Translations under genes and position numbers: made by a program
Assembly (NCBI GenBank): GCA_047651235.1
Contig: CP178758.1
Coordinates: 2,520,001-2,552,000 of the forward strand
Source: Candidatus Electrothrix yaqonensis
GTDB lineage: Bacteria; Desulfobacterota; Desulfobulbia; Desulfobulbales; Desulfobulbaceae
Length of the DNA stretch: 32,000 bases
Direction: 5' to 3'
The notes under the pieces: model-generated
What the model was told of the DNA's origin: nothing
The model's input: the letters and a program-made list of their open reading frames with translations, nothing else
The model's database searches: none
Shown: piece after piece, positions 17,889 through 24,113 of the stretch
How the letters are laid out: every line of letters starts with the position of its first letter
How positions within the stretch are numbered: the first letter of the stretch is position 1

Positions 17889-19069
17889 TGGACTGCGGCA
17901 GCGATACAATTATTTATATGGACAACAATGCCACCACCCGGGTCGCTCCGGAAGTTCTGGAGGCAATGCTGCCCTTTCTCAGCGAGTGCTACGGTAACCC
18001 CTCGTCCATGCACACCTTCGGCGGCCAAGTGGGCAGGGCTGTACAAGAGGCGCGCAGCCAGATTGCTGAGTTGATCGGGGCGGAGCCGGAGGAAATCGTG
18101 TTCACCAGCTGCGGCACGGAGAGCGACTCCACCGCCATCCTCTCTGCCCTGCAGACCGTGCCGGAAAAACGGCACATCGTCACCACCCGGGTGGAGCATC
18201 CGGCAGTCAAGAATCTCTGCGAAACCCTTGATCAGCTCACCGGGCACAAGCACCGCAGCACCCGGCTCATGGTGGAGTCCGACGGTACGCTCGACCTTAC
18301 CGCCTATCAGGAGGCCCTGACTGAGGACACAGCTGTTGTTTCAGTGATGTGGGCCAACAATGAAACCGGGGTGATCTTTCCGGTGGAGGAGATGGCGGCC
18401 ATGGCCAAGGAGCGGGGCATTCTCTTTCACACTGATGCTGTCCAGGCCGTGGGCAAGATCCCCATTAATATGCGGGAAAATCAGATCGATTTTCTTTCCC
18501 TGTCCGGTCATAAACTCCATGCGCCTAAGGGGGTCGGGGTACTTTATGTGCGCAAGGGAAGCCCTTTTGTTCCCTTTCTCCGGGGCGGGCATCAGGAACA
18601 CGGACGCCGGGGCGGCACGGAAAACGTGGCCTCCATTGTCGGCCTGGGCCGGGCCTGTCAGCTGGCCGGGGAGATGATGGGGAAAGAAAATATCCGAGTC
18701 CGGGCCCTGCGGGACAGACTGGAACAGGGCCTGCTGACCTCCATCCCCAAGGCCATCCTGAACGGCCATCCGGACAGCCGCCTGCCCAATACCAGCAATA
18801 TTAGCTTTGAGTACGTGGAAGGCGAGGCCATTCTGCTGCACATGAACCGGCACAACATCTGCGCCTCTTCCGGCTCTGCTTGTACCTCGGGTTCACTGGA
18901 GCCGTCCCATGTGCTCCGGGCAATGGGCGTGCCCTTTACTGCGGCGCATGGCTCCATCCGTTTCAGTCTGTCTGTATATAATACCGAGGAAGAAGTGGAT
19001 TTTGTCCTGGAGAAGATGCCCAAGATTATTGCTGATCTTCGGGAGATGTCGCCTTTTTGGGAGGGGTGA
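17888..19069 (+). CDS. nifS: cysteine desulfurase NifS
   Basis: 393 aa. PLP-lysine motif SLSGHKLHAPKGVG and active-site loop SSGSACTSG. TAATG junction with nifU. Confidence 0.92.
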   Translation: MDCGSDTIIYMDNNATTRVAPEVLEAMLPFLSECYGNPSSMHTFGGQVGRAVQEARSQIAELIGAEPEEIVFTSCGTESDSTAILSALQTVPEKRHIVTTRVEHPAVKNLCETLDQLTGHKHRSTRLMVESDGTLDLTAYQEALTEDTAVVSVMWANNETGVIFPVEEMAAMAKERGILFHTDAVQAVGKIPINMRENQIDFLSLSGHKLHAPKGVGVLYVRKGSPFVPFLRGGHQEHGRRGGTENVASIVGLGRACQLAGEMMGKENIRVRALRDRLEQGLLTSIPKAILNGHPDSRLPNTSNISFEYVEGEAILLHMNRHNICASSGSACTSGSLEPSHVLRAMGVPFTAAHGSIRFSLSVYNTEEEVDFVLEKMPKIIADLREMSPFWEG

Positions 19070-19070
19070 G
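19002..19070 (+). repeat. direct repeat copy A (the functional nifS 3' end)
   Basis: 69 nt encoding VLEKMPKIIADLREMSPFWEG-stop. It is repeated at 19535-19603 with 4 mismatches by my alignment. Confidence 0.9.
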
Positions 19071-19071
19071 C

Positions 19072-19326
19072 GTGGAATTCGAGATCCTCGGCAAGATCCT
19101 TGACATTGAGACAATTGCATCAGGCCGAGGTATACATATCCGGCGTTACTTGGACCGTACTTACGGAAAAGGTCGCTGGAGAAAGATGAAGGGAAATGCT
19201 ACAGTACGATTAAGAGATGGTACAATCTTTGAAGCCGAAGTACACTGGTTTGAAGCGCACGGAATAGGGCGCAGAGACTTTAAAATAAAGAGGGTGATTG
19301 ATGAGAGATTTTGTCATCTGCATTAA
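19072..19326 (+). CDS. small conserved hypothetical protein, first gene of a two-gene cassette
   Basis: The ORF is open from TTG 19057. GTG 19072 lies 6-7 nt after GGGAGGGG. The sequence ...YGKGRWRKMKGNATVRLRDGTIFEAEVHWFEAHGIGRRDFKIKR resembles, from memory, a small-protein family common in cyanobacteria and other bacteria. I cannot name or verify that family. Confidence 0.6.
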   Translation: MEFEILGKILDIETIASGRGIHIRRYLDRTYGKGRWRKMKGNATVRLRDGTIFEAEVHWFEAHGIGRRDFKIKRVIDERFCHLH

Positions 19327-19531
19327 CAATGAGAGCAATCCAGCCAGTCTGATATTGGGAAAGGTTTATCCAACCTTGCCGGATGAAGAAGCGGAACCAC
19401 TCAACATGATACGTATTATTGATGAAGACCTGTCAGAGCCTGATGGTTATCTTTATGATTCGTCTTCCTTTGTCCGTGTCGAATTACCGGAGATAGCGCA
19501 GAGGGTACTGGAGAAACAGGTTCCGGTTTAA
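19301..19531 (+). CDS. small conserved hypothetical protein, second gene of the cassette
   Basis: ATG 19301 after an AGAGGG SD, overlapping the first gene by 26 nt. MRDFVICINNESNPASLILGKVYPTLPDEEAEPLNMIRIIDEDLSEPDGYLYDSSSF resembles, from memory, the usual partner of the upstream family. This is unverified. Confidence 0.6.
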   Translation: MRDFVICINNESNPASLILGKVYPTLPDEEAEPLNMIRIIDEDLSEPDGYLYDSSSFVRVELPEIAQRVLEKQVPV

Positions 19532-19534
19532 GAA

Positions 19535-19603
19535 TTGTGCTGGAGAAGATGCCGAAGATTATTGCTGATCTACTGGAGATGTCGCCTTTTTGGGAGGGGT
19601 GAG
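19535..19603 (+). pseudogene. direct repeat copy B: orphaned duplicate of the nifS 3' end
   Basis: Encodes VLEKMPKIIADLLEMSPFWEG-stop with no upstream nifS body. The differences from copy A are two synonymous-type changes plus CGG->CTG (R->L). Confidence 0.85.
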
Positions 19604-19871
19604 GAAGGAATGTTCTGAGCAGAAAATATCAAACTCAGCTGAAGCAGGAGAAAAACGTTTTCTCTCCTGCCGCCATTTTGAATGATAAAGGAAGGGGTTG
19701 TGTGTTGTCAATAGTAACGGGGGGAGAGGCGGCGGGATGTGCAGCAGGGGAAAAGAAAAGCTCTGAATCCGGGTGGAATCAGGACTGATGTGATGACGAT
19801 GTCGCTTTTCGGCTACGTTATGGTCACCGGCAACGTTCCGGTTCATTGGATATCGCTACAGCTATAGCGAT

Positions 19872-19904
19872 AAAAAAAGCGGGACCGACAATCGATCCCG
19901 CTTT
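19872..19904 (-). terminator. Rho-independent terminator (minus strand)
   Basis: Minus strand reads AAAGCGGGAtcgattgtcggTCCCGCTTTTTTT. It lies about 200 nt downstream of the 20107 gene stop. Confidence 0.6.
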
Positions 19905-20106
19905 ACTGCTGCCAGTTCGTAGATTGCGGGTGGGCGGGACAAACCCCGACATGGCCGACTCGCCTTATGATTGTCGGGGTTCGTGTCTCAGCCCGATCTA
20001 CGGGGCTTGGTTCAAATGCCGAGTATCGTTTTCGGCTTTAATGAAACATTACCAGTTCGGGTTGGCTATGTCATAAAACTGCCCCAGGACGGCATACCGT
20101 AATCAG

Positions 20107-20640
20107 CTAGTCTATACAGTCGGGGCCGTTTGAGGGTCGGAACGATATAGCATAACTGGTGTTGTCTTCTTGTGCTACAACCATCCCGTCACTGCAAGTA
20201 CCTGTAAAAAAGATGTTCTCGCCGGTATGTTCGTTTCTTAGTGAGACAGACATACGGTTAGGCCGAGACGGTAGCCAGGTCATACGAATGGAATAAGGAG
20301 AGTCAACATTGCAGCCATCCTTCTTGTAACAGTTGGTTAGAAGGGTGAGGTTAGATGCTCGCAATTGTTTATAGTAGTTTGTGCTCAACTTACTCGTGAA
20401 GTGTGAATCTACGTAGAACACCTCGAAATTCTCACCATCGTTCCCAGTGAACTTGAAATTCACTCTGTCTTCCTCGCAGTCATTATAGATATTTTCCTGT
20501 TGAGTTTGCAGAGAGCTCATCAGGAACCAGCAAGGGTCGAAGATGATTGGCCCGCCTAGTGATGCCGTAGCTGGCACAACGGCACCCACTACTCCTAACA
20601 AAAACATCATCTTCTTTTGGACTTGACTTCGGCATTTCAT
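20107..20640 (-). CDS. secreted Cys-rich hypothetical protein
   Basis: 177 aa. Signal-peptide-like MMFLLGVVGAVVPATASLG, about 8 Cys in the mature part, AT-rich, no motif recognised. Confidence 0.55.
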   Translation of the reverse strand: MKCRSQVQKKMMFLLGVVGAVVPATASLGGPIIFDPCWFLMSSLQTQQENIYNDCEEDRVNFKFTGNDGENFEVFYVDSHFTSKLSTNYYKQLRASNLTLLTNCYKKDGCNVDSPYSIRMTWLPSRPNRMSVSLRNEHTGENIFFTGTCSDGMVVAQEDNTSYAISFRPSNGPDCID

Positions 20641-20686
20641 GTCTCTCGCTCCTTTTTAGTAAAAAAAACTTAATTTTTTGAAAATA

Positions 20687-20726
20687 TGCCGATTCTGGTT
20701 TACGGCGAAGACCAGAAAGTACGGCA
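20687..20726. repeat. hairpin repeat, full copy (TGCCGATTCTGGT...ACCAGAAAGTACGGCA)
   Basis: TGCCG/CGGCA and TTCTGGT/ACCAGAA arms. A shorter copy is at 22832-22859 and a right-half copy at 22733-22742. Confidence 0.6.
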
Positions 20727-20792
20727 CTTGCTAAGTACCTTTCTATTTATGATTAGTCCAATTTACTTGTTGGCAGTTACTTTTGTCAAAAG

Positions 20793-20807
20793 TTTTTTTT
20801 TTTTTTT
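20793..20807. repeat. T15 homopolymer
   Basis: Fifteen consecutive T read directly, about 150 nt upstream of the 20640 start (which is on the opposite strand). Confidence 0.9.
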
Positions 20808-20852
20808 GTCTTAGGTTCTGTTGATATTTTATTCGTCCGTTATTAGGGTTAA

Positions 20853-21024
20853 ACCCCCCGCCTTTCAGGCGGGTAGCTTTCAGCCAGCAGTTGTTTTATA
20901 CTGACTGTTATGGAATACAGGAGCGGAAGTCATACCAAGTATAAAATAGAGTATCATTTTGTTTGGGTAACGAAGTATCGTTATCATATTCTACGTGGTG
21001 ATCTTGCCGAGCGGGTACGTGAGG
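20853..21024 (+). mobile_element. IS200/IS605-family left-end remnant (subterminal hairpin plus the first ~38 codons of tnpA)
   Basis: Hairpin CCCGCCtttcaGGCGGG (20857-20873) upstream of MEYRSGSHTKYKIEYHFVWVTKYRYHILRGDLAERV, the characteristic N-terminus of Y1 (HUH) IS200 transposases. The HUH and Tyr motifs are missing. Confidence 0.65.
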
Positions 21025-21356
21025 CAGCTTCCCTTAACACTGAGGTTGAGAAATTGAAAATTGGAGGATCGACAAATATGGCAGATGCCATCAGTCTGGC
21101 AACAAATAAACTCGCTGACAAAATGGGCGAGAAAATAATTTGTCTTGTGACCGATGGAATGCCGGATAATAGGCAGGCTGCGCTTGATGCGGCTGATCGG
21201 GCAAAAAGAGAACAAATTGACATTATGGCTATCGGTACAGATGATGCCGATAAAAATTTTCTCGAAGAAATTGTAACCCGCAAGGAGCTGTCAGTCAAAA
21301 TCGCAAGAGATCAGCTCGAACAAGGGATTGTCTCAATGGCCAAACTGTTGCCATGA
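20910..21356 (+). pseudogene. chimeric ORF: IS200 tnpA N-terminal fragment fused in frame to the C-terminal part of a vWA-domain protein
   Basis: After about residue 38 the sequence switches to KIGGSTNMADAISLA...IICLVTDGMPDN...IDIMAIGTDDAD. That is the distal half of a von Willebrand A fold. The DxSxS MIDAS start is absent. Confidence 0.6.
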
Positions 21357-21363
21357 CGGCTAA

Positions 21364-21618
21364 ATGAAACGCCGACACGCCATCAACCTGCTGACCCAAT
21401 GCAGGCAGGAGCTGAAGAACCATTTCGGTGTGACCAAGCTGCTGCTGTTCGGCTCAACCGTCCGCGATACAGCGACCGATGAAAGCGATGTGGACATTCT
21501 GGTCGCCTTTGACGGACCGGCGAACTCGAAACGATATTTCGGCCTTCTGTTTTTTCTGGAAGATTTACTGGACTGTACAGTAGACTTGGTGACGGAAAAA
21601 GCACTTCGGCCTGAATAA
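21364..21618 (+). CDS. nucleotidyltransferase-domain protein (MntA-like antitoxin type), C-terminally short, no partner toxin
   Basis: 84 aa. LLLFGSTVRDTATDESDVDILVAF matches the GS-x9-DxD minimal NTase motif. It ends at ...EKALRPE, whereas the related fragment at 22602-22724 continues LRPYVEKEGIYV. Confidence 0.65.
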   Translation: MKRRHAINLLTQCRQELKNHFGVTKLLLFGSTVRDTATDESDVDILVAFDGPANSKRYFGLLFFLEDLLDCTVDLVTEKALRPE

Positions 21619-21682
21619 ATCAGGGACAGACCCCGATTAGAGGTTCACATAACACGCCCAATAAAAGTGGGTTATGGTATCT

Positions 21683-22003
21683 TTATGAAGGAACGGCACG
21701 TACTTCAAAATTAATTTTGAATTTTTGCCGGAGAACCTTCAGGATCGCCGTCAGATTGTCCATAGTGGGATTGCCTTTGGCTGACAGCATTCTGTGAAGA
21801 CTCTTGCTGGGCTTTGTTGTTTCGTTCGCCAATGTTTCGAAACCTACTGTGGCATTTACCAAATCTCTAAGGATCAGTCTTGCAGTATCCGGTTCTCCGT
21901 TAAGAAATAAGGTAACAGCCTCGTCAAGTAAAGCGGCGGCAAATTCAGGTTCGCGTTCGGCCCGTTCATTAATTGTTTTTTTATAATCTCTGACTATCGG
22001 CAT
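21683..22003 (-). CDS. higA: HigA-family antitoxin (addiction module antidote, HTH)
   Basis: 106 aa. PEFAAALLDEAVTLFLNGEPDTARLILRDLVNATVGFETLA...SLHRMLSAKGNPTMDNLTAILKVL is typical of this family. Confidence 0.8.
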   Translation of the reverse strand: MPIVRDYKKTINERAEREPEFAAALLDEAVTLFLNGEPDTARLILRDLVNATVGFETLANETTKPSKSLHRMLSAKGNPTMDNLTAILKVLRQKFKINFEVRAVPS

Positions 22004-22006
22004 AGT

Positions 22007-22342
22007 TCACCTCTTTTTCTGACGATACGCCGTCATGCGCTTCTTGTACTCTTTGAAGAGATCATTAACCTTTTTAATATCGGATTGTTGGCTTTTTTTC
22101 ACCCCTCCTCCAAAAAGGATTATCAGATCATCTCCCCTTTGAGCCAGATAAATTCTGTATCCCGGCCCCCAATTGATACGGTACTCACCAATTCCACTGA
22201 ACCATTTTATTCCTGATGTATTCCCAAGTTCCAGCCGGGCCAAGGCCACAGTGACTTTAGCAGCCGCCTGACGATCAAGCTTATCAAACCATTTCTTAAA
22301 CGAATTTGAGCCGTCTTCTCGAATATACTCTTCAATCTTCAT
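22007..22342 (-). CDS. higB: HigB-type toxin (addiction module killer protein, RelE/ParE superfamily)
   Basis: 111 aa. FKKWFDKLDRQAAAKVTVALARLELGN...GIGEYRINWGPGYRIYLAQRGDDLIILFGGGVKKSQQSDI is typical. It sits upstream of higA with a 3-nt gap. Confidence 0.8.
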   Translation of the reverse strand: MKIEEYIREDGSNSFKKWFDKLDRQAAAKVTVALARLELGNTSGIKWFSGIGEYRINWGPGYRIYLAQRGDDLIILFGGGVKKSQQSDIKKVNDLFKEYKKRMTAYRQKKR

Positions 22343-22456
22343 AACACTACATATAGTAACATTTAAGTTACCGCACCGTCAAGTAAGTAAATTTTTGTAA
22401 TAACGAAAGAAGCGCACCAAAAAACAACATGCACCAGACAGTGCAGTGATGGGGGG

Positions 22457-22492
22457 CGGGATAGCGGGTTCGAATCCTGCTTATCCCGACCA
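22457..22492 (+). ncRNA. tRNA-like acceptor/T-arm minihelix ending in ACCA (not a complete tRNA)
   Basis: CGGGATA-[GCGGG TTCGAAT CCTGC]-T-TATCCCG-A-CCA. That is a 7-bp acceptor-like stem stacked on a 5-bp T-stem with a canonical T-loop, a C1-G72 pair and an A73 discriminator (tRNA-Pro-like). There is no D arm or anticodon arm. Confidence 0.4.
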
Positions 22493-22601
22493 AGTTCACA
22501 TCTTCATGTAGCCACGAAATAATATATTTTACAGAATTGATAAATACAAGTATGTTATACTTCTTCGGTAGGTTACAAGATTCCAAGGTATCAGCCGCTG
22601 A

Positions 22602-22724
22602 CGCGTTTTTGGTCTCCTGTTTTATCTGGAGGATTTACTTGAGTGTACAGTGGACTTGGTGACGGATAAGGTTCTCCGACCTGAGCTTCGCCCTTATGTT
22701 GAGAAGGAGGGAATTTATGTCTGA
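22602..22724 (+). pseudogene. 5'-truncated fragment of a second MntA-like nucleotidyltransferase gene
   Basis: RVFGLLFYLEDLLECTVDLVTDKVLRPELRPYVEKEGIYV-stop, preceded by an in-frame TGA. About 80% nt identity to 21541-21612 by eye. Confidence 0.6.
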
Positions 22725-22831
22725 CGGTTCCGACCAGAAAGTGAGGTTCGTACTCAATTAACTACCCAGTACGACAATAATATATTTATTTAACATCGAC
22801 CACACTGTTCGTCAAGTATTTTTCCAGAAGG

Positions 22832-22859
22832 TGCCGATTCTGGTCTGCAAAGTACGGCA
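22832..22859. repeat. hairpin repeat, short copy (TGCCGATTCTGGTctgcAAAGTACGGCA)
   Basis: Shares a 13-mer and an 11-mer with 20687-20726. It lies just 3' of the xth remnant. Confidence 0.55.
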
Positions 22860-22896
22860 ACAAGGCAGGATACGACAAAATCTCCCAATTCGCAGA

Positions 22897-23556
22897 TTAA
22901 ATGAACTCAATGCTGACCGGGCAATGGTCGGAGCCGAGGATGTCGTCATGAATGTCTGCGGCCAGAACCCGGTCCCGGCTGGCAGGATGGACCAGAAAAT
23001 AATCAATACGCCAGCCGATATTCTTTGCCCGCGCATTGAAGCGGTAACTCCACCAGGTGTACTGGTCCGGTTCCTGATTGAACAGGCGGAAGGTATCCAC
23101 ATAGCCTGCTCCGGTCACCTCGTCCATCCAGGCCCGTTCTTCGGGTGAAAAGCCGGGATTCTTCACATTGGCCTTGGGATTGGCAAGATCGATTTCTTTA
23201 TGGGCCACATTCAGGTCGCCGCAGAGCACCACAGATTTTTCCGTTGCCAGCCGGTCCATATACCGGAGGATTTCCCGGTTGAAATCCTGCTTGAACTGCA
23301 GCCGTTTTAGGTCGTGCTGGGCATTGGGAAAATAAGCGGTGATAAAATAAAAATCCGCAAACTCCAAGGTCAGTACCCGGCCTTCGGCATCAAATGCTTC
23401 TTTTCCCAGACCATAGATCACATTGAGGGGCGTCTGCCTGCTGAACACGCCTGTCCCGGAATAGCCTTTCTTCTGCGCCGGATACCAATAGGCGGTATAA
23501 CCGGGAACCTGTCTGACTTCATTCGGCAGCTGATCCGGCATGGCCTTGATCTCCAA
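22897..23556 (-). pseudogene. xth: exodeoxyribonuclease III (Xth/ExoIII family), N-terminally truncated by about 30 aa
   Basis: 219 aa, matching ExoIII from the LQE(I/T)K motif onward (LLEIKAMPDQLP ... GSDHCPVSIEFI). The frame opens immediately after the stop of the upstream gene, so the WNVNG-type N-terminal strand is absent. Only a TTG start is available. Confidence 0.7.
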
Positions 23557-23571
23557 GAGCTGACTTGCTCG

Positions 23572-23784
23572 TCAGGCCTTGCTCCCCTCGCTGTCTTTTA
23601 CGGCATCAAACAGTTCTTTCAGGTCAGGATCGCCCAGCCATTTTTTTCTTTCTTTTGTGTAATCTCCCCAGCCGGTTTCAGATTGCTGTAAGAATCTGAC
23701 CATTCCGACTGCTCCAAGTTTCTGAGCAAGAGCTGTTATACCGATCCGTCTCACCTGTTCAAGAGTCATTGCTTGGGTGCTCAT
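23572..23784 (-). CDS. small antitoxin-like protein (family not named)
   Basis: 70 aa. LEQVRRIGITALAQKLGAVGMVRFLQQSETGWGDYTKERKKWL resembles small proteins I recall next to PIN toxins. This is unverified. Confidence 0.5.
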   Translation of the reverse strand: MSTQAMTLEQVRRIGITALAQKLGAVGMVRFLQQSETGWGDYTKERKKWLGDPDLKELFDAVKDSEGSKA

Positions 23785-23788
23785 AGTT

Positions 23789-24004
23789 TCACCATATCTT
23801 TCTTAACCAGTTTAGTGGATTATCGACTGTGATATCCAACACGTCTTTATTCTTCTGAGATTTTTTCACCAACTTGTCGTCTGTTGAAAGAAGCACATCT
23901 GCACCTGCTTTTTTTGCACAGCATAGATGCAACGCATCGTAGGACTTAATGCCGAGATGCTTCAGCTTTTCCGCAAGTGCATAAATATCATCATCCAGCT
24001 TCAT
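23789..24004 (-). pseudogene. PIN-domain (VapC-like) C-terminal fragment
   Basis: 71 aa. LGIKSYDALHLCCAKKAGADVLLSTDDKL is the C-terminal half of a PIN fold. The N-terminal acidic residues are missing. Confidence 0.55.
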
Positions 24005-24037
24005 CCATTATTTACGTTCTTTTCACATGATAAGAAT

Positions 24038-24075
24038 AAGGCCCCTCCCGGTTTCCCGGAAGAGGCCTTTCTGTT
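24038..24075. terminator. strong hairpin terminator downstream of por
   Basis: AAGGCCCCTCCCGGtttcCCGGAAGAGGCCTT, 12 bp plus 2 mismatches, with T-rich flanks on both strands. Confidence 0.7.
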
Positions 24076-24113
24076 TTTACTGCCAGCTTAAAAGAAGCTG
24101 CTTTCTACTCAAT

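Noticed and set aside
19846-20076. 76-aa plus-strand ORF, and the 95-aa minus-strand ORF 19559..19846
   Set aside because: Neither has an SD, both have odd composition, and both are embedded in hairpin-rich sequence. This is more consistent with non-coding RNA or UTR.
22400-22492. Possible complete tRNA gene ending at the GGTTCGAATCC...ACCA motif
   Set aside because: No 5' acceptor strand, D arm or anticodon arm can be drawn in the 75 nt upstream. The complement of the 3' acceptor strand is fused directly to the T-stem, so it is reported as a minihelix instead.
19057-24037. Chromosomal integron cassette array
   Set aside because: There are many small promoter-less-looking cassettes. However, I found no intI integrase and no convincing attC sites (no RYYYAAC...GTTRRRY cores at cassette ends), and the genes are in mixed orientation.
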